A stretch of DNA of 64,000 nt from an uncultured Bdellovibrionales bacterium (lineage in GTDB: Bacteria; Bdellovibrionota_C; UBA2361; CAIXSY01), in NCBI GenBank assembly GCA_964510065.1, contig CAZEAC010000010.1, positions 2,074-66,073 of the forward strand, given 5' to 3'. Below, piece after piece: positions 40,000 to 50,296 of the stretch. Made by a program: the position numbers and the translations under genes. The notes under the pieces were generated by a model, which worked only from the letters and a program-made list of their open reading frames with translations, was not told the DNA's origin and made no database searches. How positions within the stretch are numbered: the stretch's first letter is position 1; the number at the start of each line of letters is the position of its first letter.

Positions 40000-41289
40000 A
40001 TGTCGAATTTTTTTGAAATTACTGGAAAAACTCCGCTTCATGGGCAGGTGCGAGTAGGCGGCGCAAAAAACGGCGCGCTGCCAATGCTGATAGCGTCGCT
40101 TCTTACCAGCGAAGAGGTCGAGTTCGAAAACGTGCCAAATCTTGAAGATATAAATTTGACCTCGCATCTTCTGGAGCAGTTCGGTGGCGAAGTGAGCCGC
40201 CAGAATAGCAATTTTAAAGTTCGAGTTCGGCAGCTTGTCGCGACTGAGGCAAGTTACAGCCTTGTGAAGGCGCTTCGTGCCTCTTTCTGGGTAATGGGGC
40301 CGCTTCTAGCCCGAGGAGGCGCGGCGCGAGTTGCGCTTCCTGGTGGGGATATCATTGGTGCCAGGCCGGTTGATATGCACATCGCAGCACTTTCGCAGAT
40401 GGGCGCGGACATAAAGGTAAAGCATGGTGTTGTATATGCCTCAGCGGAAAAAGGGCTGCGCCCGGCGAAGATAGCGCTTCGTTTCCCGTCGGTTGGCGCA
40501 ACACACCAGGTCCTGATGGCGGCGTCGCTTACGCCGGGAGTTACAATTATTGAGGGCGCAGCGAAAGAGCCTGAGGTTTCGGCCCTTGCGGCAATGATAA
40601 CTGCAATGGGCGGCGATATTGAGGGGGCTGGAACCAGCACCATCGTAATTCGCGGAAAGGAGCAGCTTGGTGGAGCGAAGATTCGTATTCTTGGCGACAG
40701 AATTGAAGCCGGAACCTATCTTTTGGCCTGCGCGGCGTCTGGTGGCGCGGTGCGCGTCGAGGGAATTGATCCATCCCATTTCGGTGCCTTTTTAGAGACC
40801 CTTAGTGCGATCGGTGTGGATGTAGAGCAGGGCGCAGATTTCGTAGGCGTGAAAAGTCGCGGGGCGATTCGACCAGTTAAAGTCGCTACCGCGCCATTTC
40901 CTGGGGTTGCCACCGATCTTCAGGCCCCTCTTATGGCGGCGTTAACGCTCGCCGAGGGCACAAGTGTTATTGAAGAGAATATCTTTGAGGGTCGTTTCGG
41001 GCATGCCTCCGAACTTTGCCGTATGGGCGCGATAATCCATGTGCATGAAAGAAGCGCGACTATTGAAGGAGTTACTAAGCTCACCGGAGCGCCTGTTGAA
41101 GGATTCGATATTCGCGCGGCGGCAGCGCTCGTAGTCGCTGCGGTTGCGGCTGATGGTGTTACCCGGATTTACGAGCCGCAACATCTTCGTCGTGGCTACG
41201 AATATCTCGAGCAGAAACTTACGTTGTTGGGAGCCAAGATCGCGTTCTGTCGTGATGATGCCGAAGATTTTTCATTCGCGGGGTGTTAA
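40000..41289 (+). CDS. murA: UDP-N-acetylglucosamine 1-carboxyvinyltransferase
   Basis: N-terminus FEITGKTPLHGQVRVGGAKNGALPMLIASLL and the overall EPSP-like fold blocks are present. Confidence 0.9.
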   Translation: MSNFFEITGKTPLHGQVRVGGAKNGALPMLIASLLTSEEVEFENVPNLEDINLTSHLLEQFGGEVSRQNSNFKVRVRQLVATEASYSLVKALRASFWVMGPLLARGGAARVALPGGDIIGARPVDMHIAALSQMGADIKVKHGVVYASAEKGLRPAKIALRFPSVGATHQVLMAASLTPGVTIIEGAAKEPEVSALAAMITAMGGDIEGAGTSTIVIRGKEQLGGAKIRILGDRIEAGTYLLACAASGGAVRVEGIDPSHFGAFLETLSAIGVDVEQGADFVGVKSRGAIRPVKVATAPFPGVATDLQAPLMAALTLAEGTSVIEENIFEGRFGHASELCRMGAIIHVHERSATIEGVTKLTGAPVEGFDIRAAAALVVAAVAADGVTRIYEPQHLRRGYEYLEQKLTLLGAKIAFCRDDAEDFSFAGC

Positions 41290-41981
41290 GCGTGACGCTT
41301 CAGCTGCCACTCCGAATGCAGTCTTACCTAAATTACTCTCCGCGTGAATTTGTAGCGCATGCAGGCGTGTGCACGCTTGTAGCCCACCTCCGAGAGGCCG
41401 CAAAGCGCGATCAGTTCTCGCTTCTTTTTGTGCAGGGGGCCGCGCGCACGGGTAAAACTCATCTGGCGATCTACGTCAGCGATCTTTTGGGAGGAGAAGG
41501 GTGTTATCCGCGCATAATTGAGGGGCGTGAGCTTGCGGAGCGAATTGCTGAATTAAATCCAGTCGATGCGACAGAGGTGCTGATTTTGGATGATGCGCAT
41601 CATTATCTTGATAACGTTACTCCCGGCGAGTCGGGACCGATGGTGCGGCTTGTTGAGAGTTACCGGCGAGCTTGCGCGAAGATAATTATTCTCAGCAGTA
41701 AGCCTTTGGGGGAGTTCCAGTTTGATCAGCATATCTCGAGTAGGCTTTCGTCCGGCGCCGCAAGCGTCATTGCTGATCCGGCAGCACAAGAAATGGAGCG
41801 ATTGGTTACCGCAATGGCCCGGCAGCGTGGATTGAAGCTTTCAGAGAAGAAGATTCAATATCTTGTTGGCAGACTTAATCGCTCAGTGAGCGCAGTTGAG
41901 GAATATCTCGAAAAACTTGGCTATCTTGCCCGAGTGTTGGGGCGCAATATTAATTTTCCGCTACTCGCAGATGCGCTTTAG
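41283..41981 (+). CDS. DnaA-related AAA protein, Hda-like
   Basis: Walker A-like GAARTGKTHL. Size (~232 aa) matches Hda. 7-nt overlap with murA. Confidence 0.4.
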   Translation: MLSVTLQLPLRMQSYLNYSPREFVAHAGVCTLVAHLREAAKRDQFSLLFVQGAARTGKTHLAIYVSDLLGGEGCYPRIIEGRELAERIAELNPVDATEVLILDDAHHYLDNVTPGESGPMVRLVESYRRACAKIIILSSKPLGEFQFDQHISSRLSSGAASVIADPAAQEMERLVTAMARQRGLKLSEKKIQYLVGRLNRSVSAVEEYLEKLGYLARVLGRNINFPLLADAL

Positions 41982-42010
41982 TCTTTAATGAGAACTGTTA
42001 CTTTATTTTT

Positions 42011-42877
42011 ATGATCGAAACTTCCAAGAAAACTAGCTTCGTCACGCGATCTATTTCAGCGAGAAATCTGGTCGAATCCTACGATACAATTCTGCTTGAT
42101 GCGTATGGGGTGCTTGTTTCGAGTGAGGCGGCGATTCCGCATGCCCTTGCGTTTATTGATCACCTAAACAAAATCGGGAAAGAATATCGTATCGTTTCTA
42201 ATGATGCATCAAAGCTTCCGGCCACGGCGCTCGCGCGTTATCGCGGCTTTGGGCTTAATTTGTGCGATGATTCAGTTCTCTCGTCGGGCTCGTTGCTTAA
42301 AAGCTATTTCGAGACAGAGCGGCTCGTCGGGGCGCGTTGCGTAGTGCTCGGTCCGAACGACTCCAAGGAATATGTGAAGCTGGCGGGTGGCAGCGTCGTT
42401 GAAGTAAGCGACGCTTTTGATGTCTTGGTTGTTTGCGATGAGATGGGCTTTCAGTTCCTTGAAACAATGGACAAAGTATTGAGCGCGCTTATCCGAAAAA
42501 TTGCGCGAGGTGACTCAGTTCGTTTAATTGCACCGAATCCTGATCTTATTTATCCGAGCAGTCAGGGGTTTGGTTTCGCAAGTGGTACGATGGCGCAGAT
42601 GTTCGAGGAGGCGCTCAAGTTACGCTTTCCCGGGCGAAACGATCTTTGCTTTACCCGCCTCGGTAAGCCTTTTTCGCCGATTTTCGAGGAGGCGCGACGC
42701 CGCTGTCGCGGCAAGAATATGGTGATGATTGGCGATCAGTTGGAAACCGACATCCGCGGTGCCAGCAATTTTGGAATTGATTCGGCGCTTGTCGCGACCG
42801 GAATTGTGAATCCGGAAGATCTAATGAAACATGACGGGCCTAGACCGACCTTCCAGCTCACTTCGCTTGCGCTTTAG
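42011..42877 (+). CDS. HAD-superfamily subfamily IIA hydrolase (NagD-like)
   Basis: ILLDAYGVL (motif I DxxG) and MIGDQLETDIRGASNFGIDSALVATG (motif IV) are present. Confidence 0.7.
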   Translation: MIETSKKTSFVTRSISARNLVESYDTILLDAYGVLVSSEAAIPHALAFIDHLNKIGKEYRIVSNDASKLPATALARYRGFGLNLCDDSVLSSGSLLKSYFETERLVGARCVVLGPNDSKEYVKLAGGSVVEVSDAFDVLVVCDEMGFQFLETMDKVLSALIRKIARGDSVRLIAPNPDLIYPSSQGFGFASGTMAQMFEEALKLRFPGRNDLCFTRLGKPFSPIFEEARRRCRGKNMVMIGDQLETDIRGASNFGIDSALVATGIVNPEDLMKHDGPRPTFQLTSLAL

Positions 42878-43679
42878 GGCCCACGGTTTTTGGGCGCAGA
42901 TACGAGGCAAATGTATCTCTTATCGCTGCCTCAGCGCGGTTGAATCGCTTAAGAATTCGAACAGCCAGCTCGCAGAGATCGACTTCGGGGACTCCGGCTT
43001 CAGGCCGCGATGCGAGCAGCTCTTCAGGTTTAGCGACCAAGGTACCGCGAACCAGTGGATCAAGCGTCATAAGTTCGGGTGTCATAACCGTAAAAAGTGA
43101 ATCAGAGAACTGTCTCGTAAAGAGCGAAGCTGATGCTGAGCCACCAGGAATGTAACGGGCGCGGAGAATCCAGGAGAGATTGTCGGCAATATCTGCTGCG
43201 ACGCCGATAGTCTTAAAAAATGCGCTGACGTGACGTTGATGATCGTAATAGCGGAGCAGGGCGCAATCGAATTGGGCGCGCCGTTTTTGCGAGCCACCAG
43301 GAGCGCGTGCCAATAGCTCCTGAAGGCGTTGCGGCCGAGGTGCCGTGCTTTCACGTAATGCTGCAATCAACTCCTGTTCGAGTGCGAGGGGATCGATGTG
43401 GCCGAGTACTTTGCTCACGCGTGCAAGAACATCTTTCCAGCGTTTTTGAAAAATAGACTTTTGCTGTTCTAGGCTGCCCGCGGCAATTTGGCGAGCTTTT
43501 GAGGTGAGTTCTTGCGCTGATTTGTAATTTTCAAGCGTGGCGAAACCGAAGCTGAATATCGCGCCCTGAGCCTCGGCAAGTACACGAGTTCGTGGCAATT
43601 CGCTCGGGTTAAGAAACTTCAAGTCTCTTGAGGTCGGCGCTGCGCCGCTGGACTTAGGCTGAATTTGCTGGCTAGGCAT
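42858..43679 (-). CDS. hypothetical protein (273 aa)
   Basis: ORF only. Confidence 0.4.
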   Translation of the reverse strand: MPSQQIQPKSSGAAPTSRDLKFLNPSELPRTRVLAEAQGAIFSFGFATLENYKSAQELTSKARQIAAGSLEQQKSIFQKRWKDVLARVSKVLGHIDPLALEQELIAALRESTAPRPQRLQELLARAPGGSQKRRAQFDCALLRYYDHQRHVSAFFKTIGVAADIADNLSWILRARYIPGGSASASLFTRQFSDSLFTVMTPELMTLDPLVRGTLVAKPEELLASRPEAGVPEVDLCELAVRILKRFNRAEAAIRDTFASYLRPKTVGPKAQAK

Positions 43680-43848
43680 GGCTTCAATTGTAGCTATAAA
43701 GGAGACAAGAGATAAAGAGCGGGGCGGCGACTGGCCTCATTTGAGCAGCCTTCTAATGTCTAAAAAGGCGCATGAAAGTCCCAATCCATTGACTTTCCAG
43801 CAAAAAGTTGAAAATCTATCGTTTTAATTATTCACAGGACCTTACTGA

Positions 43849-45090
43849 ATGTCGCGCCGTCGAGTCGTAGTTACAGGAATTGGAATTCTCTCCCCGCTCG
43901 GTCATACGCTCGCGGAGAGCTGGGATGCGGCTAAAGCTGGCCGTTCTGGAATAGCGCGGGTAACCCGTTTTGATGTTTCGGCTTTCGCCGCGCAGATTGC
44001 CGGCGAGGTAAAAAATTTTAATCCTGAAAAATTCCTTGAACCCAAAGAGGTGAAAAAACATGATCTTTTCTCGCAGTTCAGTGTCGCTGCTGCGCAGGAA
44101 GCATGGGATGACGCCAAGCTTGCTGAAAGCAGCTATGATCGGCGCCGAATCGGCTGTGTGCTCGGAATTGGCATCGGTGGGCTGGCCACGCTGGAAAAAT
44201 ATCACCAGGCCTATCTCGAAGGTGGACCGCGAAAGATTTCACCGTTTCTGATCCCGGCGATGATAAGCAATCTTGGTCCCGGAAACGTGGCGATTCGTTT
44301 TGGCTTGAAGGGCGTGAATTACACGGTTACCAGCGCCTGCACTTCGGCGACGCATGCGATTGGCGAGTGTTATAAGCTAATCGCCGATGGTGCGCTTGAT
44401 GTCATGCTTACCGGCGGATCGGAAAGTGCGGTAACGCCGATCGGCATTGGCGGCTTCTGTGCATGTAAAGCGCTCTCTACTCGAAACGACGCCCCCGAAA
44501 AAGCTTCGCGGCCATTTGATAAAGACCGCGATGGCTTTGTGCTTGGCGAAGGATCGACGATTATTGTTCTTGAAAGTTACGATATGGCCAAAGCGCGTGG
44601 CGCAAAGATCTATGCCGAAGTCTTGGGCTATGGCACTTCGTGCGACGCATATCATATTACCTCACCATCGGAAGATGGCGACGGCGCGGTTAACTGCATG
44701 CAGCAGGCAATTGAGTCATCTGGGCTAAAGCCCACTGACATTGGTTACGTCAATGCGCATGGAACATCGACTCCGGCGAATGATCGCACTGAAACTTTGG
44801 CAATTAAGAAAGTTTTTGGCGCCTATGCAAAAGATGGTCTCGCGGTAAGCTCGACGAAATCGATGACTGGACATCTTCTTGGAGCCGCGGGAGCTATTGA
44901 GGCTGCGTTTTCGATCTTGGCGCTTGCCGAGGGAGTTATCCCGCCGACTATCAACCTCGACAATCCAGACGAAGGCTGTGATCTTGACTATGTCCCGCAC
45001 AAGGCGCGCCGCGTGAATCTCCGCGCCGCTATTTCCAACTCTTTCGGTTTCGGCGGCACCAATGGTTCGCTTGTCTTCGGCAAGATCTGA
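43849..45090 (+). CDS. fabF: 3-oxoacyl-[acyl-carrier-protein] synthase II
   Basis: RRVVVTGIGILSPLG. Active-site context VTSACTSATHAIGE (Cys). Second His context VNAHGTSTPANDRTE (HGTST). C-terminal NSFGFGGTNGSLVF. Confidence 0.95.
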   Translation: MSRRRVVVTGIGILSPLGHTLAESWDAAKAGRSGIARVTRFDVSAFAAQIAGEVKNFNPEKFLEPKEVKKHDLFSQFSVAAAQEAWDDAKLAESSYDRRRIGCVLGIGIGGLATLEKYHQAYLEGGPRKISPFLIPAMISNLGPGNVAIRFGLKGVNYTVTSACTSATHAIGECYKLIADGALDVMLTGGSESAVTPIGIGGFCACKALSTRNDAPEKASRPFDKDRDGFVLGEGSTIIVLESYDMAKARGAKIYAEVLGYGTSCDAYHITSPSEDGDGAVNCMQQAIESSGLKPTDIGYVNAHGTSTPANDRTETLAIKKVFGAYAKDGLAVSSTKSMTGHLLGAAGAIEAAFSILALAEGVIPPTINLDNPDEGCDLDYVPHKARRVNLRAAISNSFGFGGTNGSLVFGKI

Positions 45091-45311
45091 TGGTCGAGGA
45101 GTTTCTTCGAGAGGAAAATCGAGCGGAAGACATTATTCTTGGTTCGCTCGGTTTCGGTGAAGAAGCGCGGATAATAAGCATCGAAAAGACATCTTCAGGG
45201 TTTCGTGGCAAGGGCCGGTTTACTGACGGCGAGGAGTTTGAGTTTGAAAATGACGACGCGCTGAGCGAGCTTCAGCTCTGGGCTCTTGAGACTTTGCTTC
45301 GGACTCTATAA
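45090..45311 (+). CDS. small acidic hypothetical protein (73 aa), start overlapping the fabF stop
   Basis: ATGA overlap with the fabF stop. Acidic composition. No homology recognised. Confidence 0.3.
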   Translation: MVEEFLREENRAEDIILGSLGFGEEARIISIEKTSSGFRGKGRFTDGEEFEFENDDALSELQLWALETLLRTL

Positions 45312-45320
45312 TCGCTCACA

Positions 45321-45965
45321 TCACACTTTCCGCGAAGGACAATACCGTGCCACCGTGCACGCAGCGCAGAGCGGATTTTGCGCCTTGCAGACTCTGCGGC
45401 CGTGAAGAATCAGCCAGTGGTGCATCTCGCGCCAATGTTTTGAATCAACTTTTTGCTTTAGCTCTATTTCAACTTTTTCCGGCGTCTTCGCTCTGGCCAA
45501 CCCCAATCGATGCGAGAGTCTGAAGACATGAGTGTCGACAGGAAAGGTCTTGATTACGCCGAGCTCCCCAAGGACCACGTTCGCGGTCTTATTTCCGACT
45601 CCGGGCAATGTGCGAATTTCGGTATAACTTCGCGGTATCGCCCCGCCAAATTCGGCCATGACTTTTTGTGCCATTGCGACGAGATGTTTCGATTTTGTAC
45701 GGTAGTAATTAACCGGACGAATAATAGTTTCGACTGCGCTAAGCTCGGCGCGGCCAAGTTCCGCGAAACTCGGATAGCGTGCGAAGAGTTCAGGGGTAAC
45801 CTGATTTACTTTTTTGTCAGTGCATTGTGCCGATAAAATTACTGCGACTATCAGCTGGTACTCGCTCTTAAAATCGAGTTCGGAGCGAGGATTCGGGTAA
45901 AGCTTATTAAACGCTCGTAAAAGCGCGCCGAGGTCTCTCTTATTATTCTTATGTCGAGATAACAT
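45321..45965 (-). CDS. nth: endonuclease III
   Basis: HhH-GPD architecture (LPGVGNKTANVVL) and a C-terminal 4Fe-4S cluster CKAQNPLCAACTVARYCP (C-x6-C-x2-C-x5-C). Confidence 0.85.
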   Translation of the reverse strand: MLSRHKNNKRDLGALLRAFNKLYPNPRSELDFKSEYQLIVAVILSAQCTDKKVNQVTPELFARYPSFAELGRAELSAVETIIRPVNYYRTKSKHLVAMAQKVMAEFGGAIPRSYTEIRTLPGVGNKTANVVLGELGVIKTFPVDTHVFRLSHRLGLARAKTPEKVEIELKQKVDSKHWREMHHWLILHGRRVCKAQNPLCAACTVARYCPSRKV

Positions 45966-46116
45966 ATCGAATTAAAATGGGTTATTGCACGGTCCGGATT
46001 TCTTGGCAAAGATTGCGAAGAAAGTCGGTTTTTTGGCTACCTTTATCCGAAGCTAGGCAATAACTACAGGAGTATCTGACGTTGTTGGCTCCGCAGCTGT
46101 TGACCGTTCCTTTCGT

Positions 46117-46827
46117 ATGCAAAAGTCGCTGATTGATCTTTACATGACTAGGATCTCGTCGGGCGATCTCTCGTGTGTCGAGCGTTTGTGTCAGCAGCTC
46201 TATGACCGCCTTGTGTATATCCCGGCAATCGCGGTTCGAAGTAGTGGCCGCATGGTGAATGTCGAAGTGGTGCGGCTAAGCAGCGGCGAAAAACGAATTG
46301 TACCGATATTTACCTCTGAAAAACGGCTCAAGACATGGCGTGACGTACATCCGGAAGTAACTGAATCCATTTCGGTTTTGGGTGGCGATTTATTTTCTGT
46401 GCTTAGGCCTGATGTCGGTGTTATTATCGACCCCGGCGTCGATCACTCAGTCACACTTGAATCCGAAGCACTGCTAAAAATCGGCGAAGTGGCGCGAGAC
46501 GACGAATTTTCTTCACAGCTTGAGAATCGAATGGACGAGAGCGGAGCTGCAGAAAAATTAGAGCACTCAACCCCGCGCACGCGGCTCAATGATGATCCGC
46601 CCTCGGCAGTAGGTGGAGAGCCGGGAGATCATACAAATCCATTTTCTGTTGTCTCCGGATTTACCGTTTCCCCTAATCCTGTCGTGGGAGCCAAGTCTGT
46701 CGAGACCTTTGATCCTGATTCCGAAGAGTATGCCTTCGAAAAAGCTGAGAACGTGGGGAACTCTGCGATGGTGGTACCACCTAAAGAAAAGCGCTCTTTT
46801 TTTGCTCTATTTGGCGGTAAAAAATGA
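46117..46827 (+). CDS. hypothetical protein (236 aa; weak SseB-like flavour)
   Basis: ORF only. The N-terminal region loosely resembles the SseB family. Confidence 0.35.
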   Translation: MQKSLIDLYMTRISSGDLSCVERLCQQLYDRLVYIPAIAVRSSGRMVNVEVVRLSSGEKRIVPIFTSEKRLKTWRDVHPEVTESISVLGGDLFSVLRPDVGVIIDPGVDHSVTLESEALLKIGEVARDDEFSSQLENRMDESGAAEKLEHSTPRTRLNDDPPSAVGGEPGDHTNPFSVVSGFTVSPNPVVGAKSVETFDPDSEEYAFEKAENVGNSAMVVPPKEKRSFFALFGGKK

Positions 46828-46997
46828 ATAGTACCTTGGTACTTAATTTCACCGCGTAATTGTGCTATAGTAAGCTTATAGTCAGAGACGGATAGCGGGA
46901 AACTGCATTCGAGCTCAAGGGCTTATGTAATTTGTTCGATATCTTAGACAGTCGCTTATAAGGCATTAGGCATTTACTGACTATCAGGAATGACTTT

Positions 46998-47873
46998 ATG
47001 ACTACCTCTATTGTTCCCACCTCACGGGTAACAGTTCCGGATATTGTAGCCCGAAAATCTGGCGAAAAAATAAGTGCGCTTACTGCGTACGACTACCTCT
47101 TTGCGAAGCTCGTAGACAGCGCCGGAATCGATATGATTCTCGTCGGCGACTCTGTCGGATCGGTCGTGCAGGGCCATTCTTCGACGCTCCCTGTTACTCT
47201 CGATCAGATTATTTATCACGCGCAATGCGTCGTTCGTGGGGTTTCGCGAGCGCTTGTGGTTGGGGATCTTCCCTTTATGTCATATCAGGTCTCGCCTGAA
47301 AGCGGGCTCGAAGCGGCAGGCAGACTTATAAAAGAAGGTGGTGTTGCCGCGGTGAAACTTGAAGGCGGCGTACCTTTCTCGGCAACGATTCGAAAGATAG
47401 TCGATGCGGAAATTCCCGTGGTTGGACATGTCGGGCTCACGCCGCAATCGATGAACCGCATGGGTGGATTTAAGGTGCAGGGGCGCGAAAAGAGACGCCG
47501 TGGGGTCGATGTGGGTAGCCGTGAGAGAGTTATTGAAGACGCCCTGGCGGTTCAGGAATCCGGAGCGTTTGCGGTGGTGCTTGAGGGAATTCCCGCGGAG
47601 CTCGCGTCCGAAATTACTGAAGAGCTCTACATTCCCACGATTGGTATCGGAGCTGGCGCGCGATGCGACGGACAAATTCTCGTAATGCACGATATGTTGG
47701 GAATCGGTCCTGACGCTCCGCCGCGATTCGTGAAGCAGTACGCCGCGCTCCGCCATGTAATTACCTCGGCGGTTTCCGAATATGTCAAAGAGGTGCGAGG
47801 TGGGGACTTCCCCGAGGAGAAGCATAGCTATCATGCGCCACGCCAGGTTCGGCGGGTTTTGTCGGTAAAGTAG
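46998..47873 (+). CDS. panB: 3-methyl-2-oxobutanoate hydroxymethyltransferase
   Basis: ALTAYDYLFAKLVDSAGIDMILVGDSVGSVVQGH and KLEGG are conserved PanB blocks. Confidence 0.9.
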   Translation: MTTSIVPTSRVTVPDIVARKSGEKISALTAYDYLFAKLVDSAGIDMILVGDSVGSVVQGHSSTLPVTLDQIIYHAQCVVRGVSRALVVGDLPFMSYQVSPESGLEAAGRLIKEGGVAAVKLEGGVPFSATIRKIVDAEIPVVGHVGLTPQSMNRMGGFKVQGREKRRRGVDVGSRERVIEDALAVQESGAFAVVLEGIPAELASEITEELYIPTIGIGAGARCDGQILVMHDMLGIGPDAPPRFVKQYAALRHVITSAVSEYVKEVRGGDFPEEKHSYHAPRQVRRVLSVK

Positions 47874-47882
47874 GGGGACGCC

Positions 47883-48278
47883 ATGGAAAATTTCAGAAGA
47901 GTCCTTCATTCGAAAATTCACCGCGCTACGGTCACTCACGCCGATGTCGATTACGAAGGCAGTGTGACAGTGCCGCCGGAATTGTTGGCGGCCGCCGATA
48001 TTCATGAGTATGAGGCGGTGCATATTTGGAATGTGACTCGAGGAACGAGGCTTGAAACGTACGCGATTACGGGTATTCCAGGCTCGCGCGATATCTGTGT
48101 CAACGGAGCTGCCGCGCATCTGGTAAAGCCTGGTGATATCGTGATTATTGCATGTTTCTCGCATATACCTGAAGATGAGCTGTCGACACATAGGCCGAAG
48201 CTTGTGTTTGTGGACGAAAAAAATCGGCTCAAAGAATCGCGCCCGGAAGTGCCTGGGCCCGCGCTTCTTCGAGTGTAG
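47883..48278 (+). CDS. panD: aspartate 1-decarboxylase (pyruvoyl-dependent)
   Basis: [20 protein letters not shown] (the Gly-Ser self-cleavage site) matches PanD, as does the length. Confidence 0.9.
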   Translation: MENFRRVLHSKIHRATVTHADVDYEGSVTVPPELLAAADIHEYEAVHIWNVTRGTRLETYAITGIPGSRDICVNGAAAHLVKPGDIVIIACFSHIPEDELSTHRPKLVFVDEKNRLKESRPEVPGPALLRV

Positions 48279-48299
48279 TGGCTTGCGAAGTACATTATT

Positions 48300-48776
48300 G
48301 TGAAAAAAAGTAACGCCGTGGCCGCAGACGGCATCAAGATTGTCGCCGAGAATCGGAAGGCGCGCGCCTATTTTGAAATTCTTGAGAAGTTCGAGGCCGG
48401 AATTGTACTCACGGGTGCCGAGATAAAATCGGTTCGTGCTGGTGGTATCAGCATTAACGAAGCCTATGTAAAACCCGAGAGTAATTCGGTGTTGCTCCTC
48501 GGCGCGCATGTGCGGCCCTACGCGTTTAGCAATGATCCCGAATATGTGCCGACACGCCCTAGAAAGCTGCTGCTGAGTAAAATGGAGATTAATAAGCTTC
48601 GCGGACGGGTTGAGCAGCAGGGGCTCACCATCGTTCCGCTCAAGTGTTACCTGCGACGTGGTTTTGCTAAGCTGGAAATTGCGCTCGCGCGCGGCAAAAA
48701 CGCCCCCGATAGACGTCAAGATATCAAGCGCCGTGAAGCTGATCGTGAAATCGCGCGGGCTACAAAGCGGCGCTAG
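48300..48776 (+). CDS. smpB: SsrA-binding protein
   Basis: IAENRKARAYFEILEKFEAGIVLTGAEIKS and GAHV.PY are conserved. GTG start. Lies upstream of the tmRNA gene. Confidence 0.9.
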   Translation: MKKSNAVAADGIKIVAENRKARAYFEILEKFEAGIVLTGAEIKSVRAGGISINEAYVKPESNSVLLLGAHVRPYAFSNDPEYVPTRPRKLLLSKMEINKLRGRVEQQGLTIVPLKCYLRRGFAKLEIALARGKNAPDRRQDIKRREADREIARATKRR

Positions 48777-48831
48777 GCGGCGAATATTTTCGGTAATGTA
48801 ACGAGATGAGAATATATGATTTAATGGCCTT

Positions 48832-49290
48832 ATGTCGCGCAAATACTTTCAAAGTACGGTATTTTCATTTCTGCTTTTAACCTCGTGCGCCACGCAGAAG
48901 CTGGTAGGGCCTTCGGAGCTGCTAGTTGACGGTGGTTCGTGCGGCGGATGGAAAGTAATGGCGCCCTCGATTTTGCAGAGGGTAACGCTTTCTGGTACCG
49001 GCACTAATGTCACCGCGAATCTGACCACGGGAGTGAGCATGGTAATTAACTCCGAGGGCGACGGTAGTCTTCGAGCAGTGGGTGCGTACGATTCGATAAA
49101 TCTCTTCGGGCGGTTTAACATGCCTGGAAAGCTTCTCGGCAATTGCCGTGGGCTTGAGGCATACTGCATGCAGTTCGAGGGTGATTTTCTTCTTGGTGAT
49201 GATGGTTCGGGCTACCCATCGGGAACGCGGAAAAAGTATGTGATGACATCGCGCTTCATGGACGAAGAGCAATCGGCGTCTACCATATAA
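48832..49290 (+). CDS. lipoprotein, hypothetical
   Basis: Signal peptide with lipobox LLLTSC. Confidence 0.5.
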   Translation: MSRKYFQSTVFSFLLLTSCATQKLVGPSELLVDGGSCGGWKVMAPSILQRVTLSGTGTNVTANLTTGVSMVINSEGDGSLRAVGAYDSINLFGRFNMPGKLLGNCRGLEAYCMQFEGDFLLGDDGSGYPSGTRKKYVMTSRFMDEEQSASTI

Positions 49291-49369
49291 TTCCGGAAGG
49301 CGTGAACGGCTATGCGCAGTATGGAACGCTGGATCTTTTTGTCGCTGATAAACCGAGGGGGTAATCGCT

Positions 49370-49822
49370 TTGGAATCCGAGAAGGATAGGCCGCAACGTC
49401 ATCCAAAACTTTTTGTCATTCAGCTTCTTACCGGCTGTTTCATAATTTCAATTCTTTTGCTTAATTTTGTCGCCTGGACAGTCGTTTCACGCGCTACGAC
49501 CGCTTCGCCGAATTTTCCTCTGTTCCCACTGCTTTTTGTGGGAGTTGCACTCATTGGTGGATCGTTTCTCCTTCCGCGTGTTCTCTTTCGAGCTAAACAT
49601 GGCGCACATCGCGAAGACATTCTTAACAAAAACTTGCCGGCGTTACTCACAATGCAGATAATAATCCTGGCAATTCGTGAAGCCGGCGCAATCTGTGGAT
49701 TCGTCGCGACGCTCATGAGCGTCGACAGCACCTACATTTATACTCTCTCGGCGCTCGCGGTAGCCGCGATTTTGGCTGATTTCCCGACTTATGATCGGGT
49801 GATGCGCAGAATAAACGGGTAA
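49370..49822 (+). CDS. small membrane protein (4 TM helices), hypothetical
   Basis: Hydrophobic helices. Confidence 0.4.
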   Translation: MESEKDRPQRHPKLFVIQLLTGCFIISILLLNFVAWTVVSRATTASPNFPLFPLLFVGVALIGGSFLLPRVLFRAKHGAHREDILNKNLPALLTMQIIILAIREAGAICGFVATLMSVDSTYIYTLSALAVAAILADFPTYDRVMRRING

Positions 49823-49888
49823 TCCCGGTTCGGCTCGTGTTGCCCAAGGTGGTAAATTCACTCTCAAATGGTTATAATAAGAGTCTAT

Positions 49889-50296
49889 GGGGGTGTCATG
49901 GTATCGACGGGATTTATGAGATCTATGTGAGCACGCCTAGGATCCGCAGGCCTAGTAAAAAAGGCGGAGAAACCTAAATGCAAACTCTTTTGATTTTGCG
50001 CAGAATGAAGAGCTGGCTATTGCCGCTTAACGTTCTGTAGATCGGTCCTCGAAAGACGACTGATCGGTTCTTATGCGACGCGCTTGTAATTGCATAAGGG
50101 CTTAAACTATTCGAGCTGGTCGCTGCAGCCGTTTGCCCTGCAGGGATGAGAAAATAGGCAGACTCGCTTGACGGAGATTCCGTAACAGTGAATCCAGATA
50201 GCTAAATTCGTCGCAAGGCGAAAAGTGCTGTTACTAAGCGTGTAGTGCATGTAGATTGAGACTTCTCGGACGCGGGTTCGACTCCCGCCACCTCCA
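49889..50296 (+). ncRNA. ssrA: tmRNA (ssrA); tag-like reading frame 49980-50030 encodes A-N-S-F-D-F-A-Q-N-E-E-L-A-I-A-A-stop
   Basis: 5' end GGGGGUGUCAUGGUAUCGACGGGAUUU. GUAAAAAAGGC precedes the resume codon. Tag ends in LAIAA-UAA. 3' end GGACGCGGGUUCGACUCCCGCCACCUCCA (T-arm and acceptor stem, CCA not encoded). Lies downstream of smpB. Confidence 0.9.

Noticed and set aside
40254-40779. Several 75-129-aa minus-strand ORFs
   Set aside because: They are antisense to murA, which has strong conservation, so they are shadow ORFs.
47280-48842. 520-aa minus-strand ORF
   Set aside because: It lies entirely antisense to panB, panD and smpB, which have unmistakable protein signatures on the plus strand. 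It is a long shadow ORF produced by GC-rich third positions.
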